From assembly GCA_963713045.1 (NCBI GenBank), contig CAVQKE010000007.1, positions 352,001 through 416,000 on the forward strand: 64,000 nt of DNA, in the 5' to 3' direction. The notes beneath the pieces were generated by a model. The model ran no database searches. It was not told the origin of the DNA and saw only the letters and a list, made by a program, of their open reading frames with translations. Each line of letters opens with the position of its first letter. The first letter of the stretch is position 1. The stretch comes from an uncultured delta proteobacterium (GTDB lineage: Bacteria > Myxococcota > Myxococcia > Myxococcales > Myxococcaceae). Made by a program: the position numbers and the translations under genes. Shown here piece after piece: positions 50,173 through 59,323 of this stretch.

Positions 50173-50982
50173 GTGGCTCGCGACACCCTACCGGTGAAGA
50201 TGGACCACCAGCTCATCGACGACGGCCTCTGGCCCGAGCGCTACGTCACCGGTCGCTTGGACCCGGCGGAACGCGCCCAATTCGAGGCGCATTTTGTCGA
50301 CTGCTCAGGCTGCCTGGACCGCATCGAAGCCGCCGAGGCCCTGGCTTTGGGTGTGAAAGCTGCGAGCGCAGCTTCCCCGCCCGCCCGCCCGGCCCGCATC
50401 CGTCCCCCGCCGTCACGCTGGGCGCTTCGCTCGCGGTGGGCCATCGCTGGCGCCTGCGCCGCGGGACTCCTCGCCGTCCTCTGGGTAAATACCTCCAGAA
50501 GGAGAATGGAGGAGGAAGTTGCCGCTGAACGGCGGAGTCGGGCCGAGGCGATGGCCGAGACGGCAGTGGAGCAGAACCAACTCCAAAAGGAGCGGGCAGC
50601 GCGCCAGGATGCTGAAGCCCGACTGGAGGCGCAACGCCGGCCTCCCGTCCGCGTCCCGGTGCTCGCCCTGTTGGCGACGCGCGGCGCTGACGGCCCCTCG
50701 CTCGAGCTTCCGGAGACGGCACAGCCCGTCGTTCTCTCCGTCGAGCGAGAGGAGCCCCCACGCTTCGCGGCGTACTTCGTGAACATCCACTCCGAGGGTG
50801 GAGGCGAGGTGTGGCAGGGGCGCATTCTGCCGAGTTCGCGCGATGCAGTCGCATTCGCTATCGGCTCAAGCTTCTTCAGCTTGGGAAAGTACGTCCTCAG
50901 CCTGGAAGGCGAGGAGGCGGGTGGCCGCAAAATCCCTCTGGGCAGGTATTCCTTTCGGACCGTCGCCGCGTCCAAAAATTAA
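50173..50982 (+). CDS. Zinc-finger (zf-HC2/ZAS) transmembrane anti-sigma factor
   Basis: RYV.G.L...ER..FEAHFVDCSGC (HxxxCxxC), TM helix, coiled coil, beta-rich C-terminal domain. Confidence 0.85.
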   Translation: MARDTLPVKMDHQLIDDGLWPERYVTGRLDPAERAQFEAHFVDCSGCLDRIEAAEALALGVKAASAASPPARPARIRPPPSRWALRSRWAIAGACAAGLLAVLWVNTSRRRMEEEVAAERRSRAEAMAETAVEQNQLQKERAARQDAEARLEAQRRPPVRVPVLALLATRGADGPSLELPETAQPVVLSVEREEPPRFAAYFVNIHSEGGGEVWQGRILPSSRDAVAFAIGSSFFSLGKYVLSLEGEEAGGRKIPLGRYSFRTVAASKN

Positions 50983-51097
50983 CACCGGGGACCTTCAGGC
51001 GCGGTGGGATAGCGCGGCCCGTCTCGACACAGAAACCCATGTGAAGGACACGTTCCGGTAAGGATACGAAGTCACAGCTTTGCCAGCGGGAAGGGCG

Positions 51098-54000
51098 ATG
51101 CACCAGAGTGCTGCTTGGGTCGTGATGGCCATGCTGTGGGCCGGATCGTCAGCCCGCGCAGAGGACGGTGTGCTCGCGTTCGGCACGTCGGCGCAGGGAC
51201 TGGCTGTCCCCGGAGCCGAGCAAACCCACCTTGTCGAGGGCACTGCCGGTACGGCACTGCACCTTCGGCTCGACCACGGCCATCTCGACGTCGAGCTGCG
51301 CGTGCTGGGACCGGACGGAGAGCCCCTCGGGGCGATGGAGAACGTGCTCGGCCGAACGGAGCCCCTCACCCTCACCGCGGTGGTGAAGGAGACTGGTAGG
51401 CAACGCATCGGTGTCCGGCTGCGCTCGAGGCGCGCCCACGGTGGCCCTTACCAACTGGCACTGGGCCCCGAGATGACCGCGACCGCAGCCGACCAGACGC
51501 GCATTGAGGCTGAGCAGCTGCGGGCCAAGGCTGACTCCATCGTCGCCAGCCAGGAGGGAGCCGCCTTTCCGCGCGCGCTCGACGCCTACCGTGACAGTGC
51601 GCAGCGTTGGCGCCAGCTGGACGATGGTCTCGAGCTGGCGATGACGCTCAGCCGCCACGGCGAGCTGCTGGAGATGATGGGCCGCCAGCCCGAAGCGCGC
51701 GCCATCCTGGAGGAGGCCCTGGCCAGCTGGCGCCGGGTGCAAGACGCGTCCGGCGAGAGCGGCTGCCTGGACACGCTCGGCTTGGTCATCACGGAGTTGG
51801 GGGAGCCCCGGAGCGGGCTGCAACTGCTGGAACAGGCACTCGCCCTCCGCCGGGCAACGGGACCTCTGCCCATCGCGGAGGGCTCCATCCTCAACGACAT
51901 GGCCGTGGCGCTCGGCAATCTCGGCGAGCGGCAAGCGGCCATCGACCGCTACACGGAGGCACTGGAGTGCGCCCGGCGAGACGGCGACGAGGACGTGCAG
52001 GCCCAGGTGCTCACCAACCGGGCCGTCGACTACGAAGGGTTGGGGGACGATGTGCGCGCTCTCTTCGACTTCAAAGAGGCACGGGCAAAGTTTCGCGCCC
52101 TCGGCAACAGGCACCAAGAAGGGATGACCGATTTCTCCATCGGCTTGACGCTCGGCGATACCGGCCGGGCGGCCGAGGCATGGAGCTATTTTCAATCCGC
52201 ACTTGAACTCTTCACCAAGGCCGGCGACGAACGCTTCGTCGCCTTCACCCTGAACCAGATGGGCCTCTTACAGCTCGACGCCGGGCGCTACGACGACGCA
52301 ACGGCCACCTTCGAGGAGGCGCTGGCCAAACTCGAAGCCGGTGGCGATCGGCGCTCCGCGGCCGACCTTCGGATGAATCTCGCGCGAACGCTGCTCGAAC
52401 GCGGGCGGCCACTCGAATCCCTGGAGCCCCTCGCGGGCGCCCGCGAGGAGCTTCACGCGATTGGCGACCGTACCCACGAAGCGATGGCCTTGACGCACCT
52501 GGCGCGGGCGGAGCTGGCCGTCGGCCGCCCGGACCTGGCACGCCAGCACGTCCTCGAGGCCTTGCGGCTGACGGAAGAGACACGCGCCTCCATCGTCGGC
52601 CCCAGCGCGCGGGCAATCTGGGTCGCGGCGGAGCACGCTCGGTATGAACTCTTGGTCAGCGTGCTGATGGCCCTGCACGCACGTGACCCGGCGCATGGTT
52701 GGGACGCCGAGGCGCTGGCCGCCAGCGAGACATCCCGTGCGCGCTCCCTCCTGGAAGTGCTCGCGGACGCGCGCGCCGACATTCGGGCCGACATGGACCC
52801 CGGCCTCAAGGCCGCCTCGGACAACGTCGCCGCCCGGGCAGAGGAGGCGCGGCGAGCGCAACAGGCGCTGCTCTCTCGCCCGCACCGGCCAGAAGAGACG
52901 GACAAACTTGAAGTGACGCTGGCCGAGATTCGTGCCGAGGAGGAGCGATTGCAGGCGCAGCTGCGCGCCTCCAGCCCTCGGTATGCGAGCCTGGCATCCC
53001 CTGCCCCACTGTCCCTGGCAGAAATTCGGACCGCGGTGCTCGACCCGTCGACGTCCCTGATTGAATATTTTGTCGGGGAGCGCGAAAGCTTTGTCTGGGT
53101 CGTTTCCGCGGCGCAACTTGTCTCGGCCAAGCTTCCTGGACGACGAGACGTCGAGCGGGCGGTGGACGCCGTCTATCGCCACTGGAGCGGCGCCGACTCT
53201 GTGGACAACGGCGAACGTGCGGCGCGCGCTCTCTCCCACCTCGTCCTGGGCCCGGTGGCCTCAGCGCTGCAGACCGAACGGCTGCTGGTGGTGGCCGATG
53301 GCGCGCTCCAGCGGATTCCTTTCGCCGCGCTTCCGGTGCCAGGCTCGCACCGGGTGCTTCTCGAGGACCACACGCTGGTGAGCCTGCCCTCGGCGTCCAC
53401 GATGGCGTTGCTCGCCGCCGCCCGAAGCGACGCTGCCCCAGGCGGTCCCCAGCTGGTCATCCTGGCCGACCCCCTCCTTGGCGACGGGGACCGTGCGGCC
53501 GGGACGGCGTCGAATGCGGTGGCCACGCTGGAGCCGGGCCTGCTTCGCTCCCTTGAGGACTCCGGCCTCCGCGCGCTGGAGCGGCTTCCGGGCACACGCC
53601 TCGAGGCGGAGGCCATCGCTTCGCATGCGACGGCGGAGCACGTGCTCACCGCGTTGGGTGCTGACGCCAGCCGTGCCACGGCGCTCGGCCCAGAGGTGTC
53701 CCAGGCGCGGATTGTCCATTTTGCGACGCACGCGCTTCTGGATGTCCAGCACCCGGAGTTTTCCGGCATTGTCCTGTCACAGCGGGATGCGTCCGGACGG
53801 CCCGAGGATGGTTTTCTGTCGTTGGCCGACGTCTACCGGTTGCGCCTGTCGGCGCAGTTGGTGGTTCTCTCGGCGTGCAACACCGGGCTGGGGAAGGCGG
53901 TCCGGGGCGAAGGGCTGGTCGGGCTGACCCGCGGCTTCATGTACGCTGGCGCCCAGCGGGTGGTGGCAAGTCTGTGGAAAGTCTCGGACCGCGCAACACT

Positions 54001-54181
54001 GGCGCTGATGGACCGCTTTTACGCGCTGTTACTGGAGCAGCACCTTGCCCCGGCCGAAGCGCTGCGGGCCGCCCAGCGGGCCGTTCGACGGGACCGACGG
54101 TACGCGGCGCCCAACGCCTGGGCGGGCTTCGTCGTACAAGGGGACTGGCACGCGCTCCCCCAGCCTGCGGGAAGCCCATAG
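51098..54181 (+). CDS. Secreted TPR-CHAT (caspase-like) protease with N-terminal PPC-like domain
   Basis: Signal peptide (..SSARA-E); beta-domain DVELRVLGPDG; TPR array; CHAT motifs VADGALQRIPFAAL, LPGT..EA, IVHFATHA, LVVLSACNTGLG, GEGLVGLTRGF, VVASLW.VSD, WAGFVVQG. Confidence 0.93.
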   Translation: MHQSAAWVVMAMLWAGSSARAEDGVLAFGTSAQGLAVPGAEQTHLVEGTAGTALHLRLDHGHLDVELRVLGPDGEPLGAMENVLGRTEPLTLTAVVKETGRQRIGVRLRSRRAHGGPYQLALGPEMTATAADQTRIEAEQLRAKADSIVASQEGAAFPRALDAYRDSAQRWRQLDDGLELAMTLSRHGELLEMMGRQPEARAILEEALASWRRVQDASGESGCLDTLGLVITELGEPRSGLQLLEQALALRRATGPLPIAEGSILNDMAVALGNLGERQAAIDRYTEALECARRDGDEDVQAQVLTNRAVDYEGLGDDVRALFDFKEARAKFRALGNRHQEGMTDFSIGLTLGDTGRAAEAWSYFQSALELFTKAGDERFVAFTLNQMGLLQLDAGRYDDATATFEEALAKLEAGGDRRSAADLRMNLARTLLERGRPLESLEPLAGAREELHAIGDRTHEAMALTHLARAELAVGRPDLARQHVLEALRLTEETRASIVGPSARAIWVAAEHARYELLVSVLMALHARDPAHGWDAEALAASETSRARSLLEVLADARADIRADMDPGLKAASDNVAARAEEARRAQQALLSRPHRPEETDKLEVTLAEIRAEEERLQAQLRASSPRYASLASPAPLSLAEIRTAVLDPSTSLIEYFVGERESFVWVVSAAQLVSAKLPGRRDVERAVDAVYRHWSGADSVDNGERAARALSHLVLGPVASALQTERLLVVADGALQRIPFAALPVPGSHRVLLEDHTLVSLPSASTMALLAAARSDAAPGGPQLVILADPLLGDGDRAAGTASNAVATLEPGLLRSLEDSGLRALERLPGTRLEAEAIASHATAEHVLTALGADASRATALGPEVSQARIVHFATHALLDVQHPEFSGIVLSQRDASGRPEDGFLSLADVYRLRLSAQLVVLSACNTGLGKAVRGEGLVGLTRGFMYAGAQRVVASLWKVSDRATLALMDRFYALLLEQHLAPAEALRAAQRAVRRDRRYAAPNAWAGFVVQGDWHALPQPAGSP

Positions 54182-54191
54182 GGAGGATGAC

Positions 54192-54620
54192 ATGACCGAC
54201 ACGCATCGAGGAAATTGCTTCTGCGGAGCCGTTGAAATTGAAGTTTCAGGCGCACCCGAGGCGATGGGGTACTGCCACTGCAGTTCCTGCCGGTCTTGGT
54301 CGGCGGGCCCAGTGAATGCTTTCACCTTGTGGAAGCCCGAGAACGTGAAAGTCACCAAGGGAGCGACGTGGCTTGGCCATTTCGCGAAGACAAAGACGAG
54401 CGACCGACACTTCTGCACCAAGTGCGGTGGCCATCTCATGACGAAGCACCCCACCTTCGGATTGACCGACGTTTATGCGGCGACGATTCCCAGTGTCGTC
54501 TTCGTGCCAGCCCTCCACGTGAACTACGCCGAGACCGTCTTGCAGATGAAGGACGGGCTCCCAAAAATGAAGGACTTCCCGAAAGAACTCGGGGGGTCCG
54601 GCGTGGCGCTCCCTGAATAA
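54192..54620 (+). CDS. GFA (CENP-V/Mss4-like) Zn-binding protein
   Basis: GNCFCGAV, CHCSSCR, RHFCTKCG; GGAGG RBS. Confidence 0.92.
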   Translation: MTDTHRGNCFCGAVEIEVSGAPEAMGYCHCSSCRSWSAGPVNAFTLWKPENVKVTKGATWLGHFAKTKTSDRHFCTKCGGHLMTKHPTFGLTDVYAATIPSVVFVPALHVNYAETVLQMKDGLPKMKDFPKELGGSGVALPE

Positions 54621-54698
54621 CGTCCCGTGACGGCAGCAGTGGGGCGCCGCCGAACGGCAGCGCCCTCGGCGGCTGTTTCGTGCTTTCTTGAGCGCGGG

Positions 54699-55706
54699 AT
54701 GGTCGGGAATCACCCCATCGTTGCCGTGCTGACTGGCGTGCTCGACCGGTTCCGCGTGCGGCGACAGCTTGCCGCCCTTGGCCCCGATGAGCGCCTGGAC
54801 GGGAAACTGGCGCTGGTGACCGGCGGCGCCTCGGGGCTCGGTTTCGCGACGTCGGTGGACCTCGCGCGCCGCGGCGCCCGGGTGCTTCTGGTAGACCGCC
54901 GAAACCCGGAAGCCGCCCACCGTAAAGCCATCTCCCTCGGGGTGGCGGCTGACCAGATTGAAGCGCTGCAGGTTGACCTCGCCGATTTGGCGTCCATCGA
55001 GGGCTTGGTGGCGGACCTCACCCGCCGCGGCCTACGGGTCGATGTGTTGGTCCTCAACGCTGCCATCGTCCCCACCTCAGCGCGGTCGACGCCCCAGGGG
55101 CTGGACGAGATGTTTGTCGTCAATTACCTCTCCTCGTTCCTCCTGGTGAGGCGACTGCTGGAGCAAGGGGTCCTCCCCCGCGACCGCCTGGCCGGCGAGG
55201 TGCCGCGCGTCGTTTTCGTCGCGTCCGAGGCGCACCGATGGAGCGAGAACCTCCTCTTGGAAGCCCTCGACCAGCCGCGTGACGGCTCAGCCCGCCGGGT
55301 GCTTGCCTTCTACGCCACCTACAAACTGATGCTGGTCACCTTCGCCTGGGAACTCGCGCGGCGCCTCGCAGATGAATGCAGTCCTCGGGTCGCGGTGTTC
55401 GCGCTCTGCCCCGGGGCGATGCGCACCAACATCGCCCGCGAGCTGCCGGCCGCGCTGCGCGGTCCCCTCAAAGCGGTGATGCACCTGTTTTTCCAGGACC
55501 CCTTCATCGCCGACGAACCGCTGCTCTACCTCGCCTGTAGCCGTGCCCTGCAGGGCCGAACTGCCGTGTATCTGCACAAGATGGCGACCAAGGACGTCGA
55601 CCCACGCGCCGCCGACGCGGAAATGGGTCGGGCGCTTTGGGAACGCAGCGAAGCAGTCTTGGCCCGGGCACTGACCCTTGGCATTGCTCAGCCCCGGCCG
55701 GGATGA
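54699..55706 (+). CDS. SDR family oxidoreductase (retinol dehydrogenase/WWOX-like)
   Basis: VTGGASGLG, DLAD, LVLNAAI, YATYK (YxxxK), CPG..RTNI; start uncertain (54627 or 54699). Confidence 0.88.
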   Translation: MVGNHPIVAVLTGVLDRFRVRRQLAALGPDERLDGKLALVTGGASGLGFATSVDLARRGARVLLVDRRNPEAAHRKAISLGVAADQIEALQVDLADLASIEGLVADLTRRGLRVDVLVLNAAIVPTSARSTPQGLDEMFVVNYLSSFLLVRRLLEQGVLPRDRLAGEVPRVVFVASEAHRWSENLLLEALDQPRDGSARRVLAFYATYKLMLVTFAWELARRLADECSPRVAVFALCPGAMRTNIARELPAALRGPLKAVMHLFFQDPFIADEPLLYLACSRALQGRTAVYLHKMATKDVDPRAADAEMGRALWERSEAVLARALTLGIAQPRPG

Positions 55707-55734
55707 GACGCTGACTGCCTTTGGGGGGAGTGCT

Positions 55735-58700
55735 TTGAGCAGAGAGTCGAAGCTTCCGACGGTTGACGTCGATGGCACCCAGGCCTCTGGCGGGCAGCCT
55801 TCAGCCGAAGCGTCGGGCCGCACGCCGGATGAGTCGACGATGGGCTTGCCCGCTTCCGGCGAGCCACTGCCGGCGTCCAGCGGCGAGTTGGACCTTCCGC
55901 GTCTCCAAGTGGGCGAGTCCCTCGCAGGCCGCTTCACCATCCTCCGCTTCATCGCCCGCGGGGGCATGGGGGCGGTGTACGAGGCGAATGACGTGATGCT
56001 GCGGTCGCGAGTGGCGCTGAAAGTCATTCGCGGTCGCATCGCTACCGACGCCGCGGCCATGGAGCAATTCCGGCGCGAGGTGCTGCTCGCCCGTCGCATT
56101 GGCCACGCCAACGTCTGCCACGTCTATGAGTTGTTCGAGGCGACAACTGCTGCTGGGATGCCCATCCACTTCCTCACCATGGAGCTGCTCGAGGGGGAGA
56201 CCCTCAGCCAGCGCATCGCCCGCGAGGGGCGGTTGACGATGGGTGAGGCATTCCCCCTGGTTCAGCAACTCTGCTGGGGGCTCGCGGCTGCACACACCGC
56301 GGGCGTCATCCACCGGGACTTCAAGTGCAGCAACGTCCTTCTCGTCCCCGGTGACACGTCTTCCGGAGAGTCCACGGCCCAGTCGACACGCGTCGTCATC
56401 ACCGACTTCGGCATTGCGAGAGCGGTGCAGCTCGGCAGCGGCCAGACGACCAACGGGCCCCTGACGGGGGGCCGGGCATTCGTCGGGACGCCGGAGTACA
56501 TGGCCCCGGAGCAGGTCGCTGATGGGGCTGTCACGCAGGCCACCGACATCTATTCGCTAGGCGTCGTCATCTTCGAGATGGTGACAGGGAAGCTACCCTT
56601 CACCGGGGACACACCTCTCGTCGCGGCTGCCAAGCGTCTCAACGAGTCGCCGCCGCGCCCGGAGGCCACGGTGCCTGGCCTGGACGCCAAGTGGAGCTCC
56701 ACCATTCTGCGCTGTCTAGCCCGGGAGCCAGAGCGACGCTTTCGGAGCGCCTTGGACATCCTCCCGGCACTTGAGGGGCCGCCTCAGCACTGGCGGCGCT
56801 GGGTGGGGCTCGGTGCCGGGACGCTGTTGGTCGCCCTCGCCACGTTTGCAGGTGTGCGGGTGTTTCCAAGCTTTCATCAGTTGCAGCAACCACGAACTGC
56901 CGTGCCGATGCCTCCCCGGCGGGCGCTGGCCATTCTGGGCGTGCGCGACGAACTGGCGTCCAGGGAGCTGGACTGGCTCCCGACTGCTGTCGCCGAGTCA
57001 CTTGGGCATGAACTTGCAGCGGCTGAGACATCCCTCCGAGTCATCCCCAGCGACAGAGTTGCCAGCGTGCGGCGCTCGCTTGGCGTGTCCGAGGACACTG
57101 TCACCGAGGAAAAGGTTCGTGAGCGGATGCAAGGCCTTCTCGCGGCCAATTTCCTCGTCTACGGCACGCTAAAGCCGGTGGCGCAAGGCTCGGCGTCAGT
57201 GGAGCTCTCGGTCAGAATGGCGGACGCCATCTCGGGGCAGGAGCTTGCCTCCATTGAAGAGGACTTAGGGGACGGTGCGATTGCGGTGCAGGAGAAAGTC
57301 CCAACTGTCGCCGAACGCCTCCGGCGGTTGCTCGGTCTCTCTCTTTCGGATGCACAAGTGGTCGCACTTTCGACGTCCCGTGCGCGGAATCTGTCGGCCA
57401 CGAAGCCCTACGCACAGGGTGTCATGAGTTTGCGGAAATTCGACTATGGGAGCGCAAGGAGCAGTTTCGAAGCTGCGCTCGCAATGGATGGGAGCTTCCC
57501 GGAGGCGCGACGCCGTCTCGCCGAAACGTGGGAGCACGAGGGGAACCGTAAGAGGGCCCGAGAGGTCGCCGAGCCAATCCGGTCGAAGCAGACGAATTTC
57601 ACGTCGAGACAGCTGGCCGAGCTGGACGCCAAGCTCCTCAGCCTGGGCCCGGAGCCTGGCCAGGGGGCGTTGGCTCGGCAGGCCCTATTCGAGGCGACGC
57701 CGGACGATGTCGAACTGGGGCTCGCGCTCGCCGAGGAACAAGTCGAAACGGCACCCAAGACAGCAAACGCGATTGTGAGTCGCCTCCGGGAACAACCCGC
57801 CCCGGCCTCTGCTGACATCCGTCTGGACGGCGCAGAGGCGGCGGCCGCCTGGCGCCTGGGCGACGGCGAGCGCGCCAAGGAACTTCTGGCGGAGGTGAAG
57901 GCTCGAGCGCGGGCACTGGGCGCCAGGACAGAACTCGCCAACGCGCTCACAGAAGAGGAAACGATGCTCTGGCAGGGGGGAAAGCGACCCGTCGAAACGA
58001 TGGGGCCGCCTTTCCAGGAGGCCGTGCGGTTGCTCAGCGAGGCTGGCGACCTCATTGAACTTGCCGGCGTGGAGGGGAGACGAGCGGGGTTGGCGATGGA
58101 ACGCTTTCCTTTGAGTATGGCACTGAAGTCCGCTGAAGAGACCGCTGCGCTCTACCGAAGACTCGGGGACCGAGCCGGCCTCAGTTCGGTGCTCAGCCTC
58201 TACGCTTACGAGCTGCTCCAATACGGGCAGCCGGACCTCGCGACCAGGACGGTTGCGGAGGCCATGGCCGAATCGGAAGCCATCCATGACCGGCACCTGG
58301 GTGACGCTGTCGGCTTCTACACCAGCGTCCAAGGCTTCGTCGCAATGCAACGGGCAGACCTGGATGGGATTTGGAATGCTGCCCGCTTACTCCGGTCCCA
58401 GGCGAGTCAGGGAGAGTGCGCCCTGTGCTTTGCAGCAGCTGCTTTGAGAGAGGAGGACCGACTCCCGGAAGCGCGAGAAACGCTGGAGAAGGCCATGGCA
58501 TCGGAGATTGCCGGTGGAAACCACCTCGCCGCTTTCGTGTCCCAAACCCGGCTCTGCGAGCTGAGCTGTGACGAAGGCCACCCGGTGGAAGGAATCGCGT
58601 GCTTTGGCGAGCATCCTCCACCGGTTGGAGCTGCTGGCACCGCCTGGGTGCTTGAGCTCAATCCCGGGCTTGCGAAATGCCGTTTCGAGGCCGGCGACCT

Positions 58701-59064
58701 CGACGGAGCGGGAGCCGCGGCCGTCGAGGGCCTGGCGCTCGCGCAGCACTTACAGTGGTACGTCTATCGTGTTCTTTCGAATGCGTACCTCATGCGGGTG
58801 CGCGCGGCCCGCGGCCAGACCGCTAAGGCGCTGGCCAGCCTTCGCGCCGACCTTCACGACTCAGAAAGCAGAAAGACAACGAAGTTTGCCTTCGAGATTG
58901 CTCTTCAGCTGGGAGAGGTGGAGCTGGCCGCAGGACGTCCAGAAGGGCGGCCTCGGCTTCTGAAACTCGAACAGGAAGCCAAGTCTAGGCAGCATTTCCG
59001 CATCGCTCGCCTGGCACGCGAAGCGCTCGACGGCAAGCCCGCGGCGACGAGTCCGGCCAAGTAA
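55735..59064 (+). CDS. Transmembrane Ser/Thr protein kinase with extracytoplasmic TolB-N-like and TPR-like domains
   Basis: GGMGAVY, VALK, HRDFKCSNV, TDFGIA, GTPEYMAPEQ, DIYSLG; TM ~aa 375-395; helical repeats; TTG start after GGGGAG. Confidence 0.9.
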   Translation: MSRESKLPTVDVDGTQASGGQPSAEASGRTPDESTMGLPASGEPLPASSGELDLPRLQVGESLAGRFTILRFIARGGMGAVYEANDVMLRSRVALKVIRGRIATDAAAMEQFRREVLLARRIGHANVCHVYELFEATTAAGMPIHFLTMELLEGETLSQRIAREGRLTMGEAFPLVQQLCWGLAAAHTAGVIHRDFKCSNVLLVPGDTSSGESTAQSTRVVITDFGIARAVQLGSGQTTNGPLTGGRAFVGTPEYMAPEQVADGAVTQATDIYSLGVVIFEMVTGKLPFTGDTPLVAAAKRLNESPPRPEATVPGLDAKWSSTILRCLAREPERRFRSALDILPALEGPPQHWRRWVGLGAGTLLVALATFAGVRVFPSFHQLQQPRTAVPMPPRRALAILGVRDELASRELDWLPTAVAESLGHELAAAETSLRVIPSDRVASVRRSLGVSEDTVTEEKVRERMQGLLAANFLVYGTLKPVAQGSASVELSVRMADAISGQELASIEEDLGDGAIAVQEKVPTVAERLRRLLGLSLSDAQVVALSTSRARNLSATKPYAQGVMSLRKFDYGSARSSFEAALAMDGSFPEARRRLAETWEHEGNRKRAREVAEPIRSKQTNFTSRQLAELDAKLLSLGPEPGQGALARQALFEATPDDVELGLALAEEQVETAPKTANAIVSRLREQPAPASADIRLDGAEAAAAWRLGDGERAKELLAEVKARARALGARTELANALTEEETMLWQGGKRPVETMGPPFQEAVRLLSEAGDLIELAGVEGRRAGLAMERFPLSMALKSAEETAALYRRLGDRAGLSSVLSLYAYELLQYGQPDLATRTVAEAMAESEAIHDRHLGDAVGFYTSVQGFVAMQRADLDGIWNAARLLRSQASQGECALCFAAAALREEDRLPEARETLEKAMASEIAGGNHLAAFVSQTRLCELSCDEGHPVEGIACFGEHPPPVGAAGTAWVLELNPGLAKCRFEAGDLDGAGAAAVEGLALAQHLQWYVYRVLSNAYLMRVRAARGQTAKALASLRADLHDSESRKTTKFAFEIALQLGEVELAAGRPEGRPRLLKLEQEAKSRQHFRIARLAREALDGKPAATSPAK

Positions 59065-59323
59065 ACGCCGCCCTCCGAGCTGCATCGCCGTCGCCGAGCA
59101 AACGAGTGACCCCGGCCGGTGTCAGCCCGCACATGCGGTCTGCCCGCACCGGTTGCCGTCTTCAATGGAACGGTGACCGGTCAACCCATGAGACTCGTCG
59201 GCCCTCAAAGCAAGCCCCAGACAGACGGCACCCTCCCGGTCGCTTACGGTTGGGTGCCGACCGACGCGCAGGAACACGGACCCAGACGCGCAACCGGCGG
59301 CGACTGAGGCGCCGACGTCGCCT

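Noticed and set aside
51098..54181. CHAT protease as part of a type III-E CRISPR (Craspase) or gasdermin defence locus
   Set aside because: No cas genes, array or gasdermin-like ORF nearby, and the protease has a signal peptide
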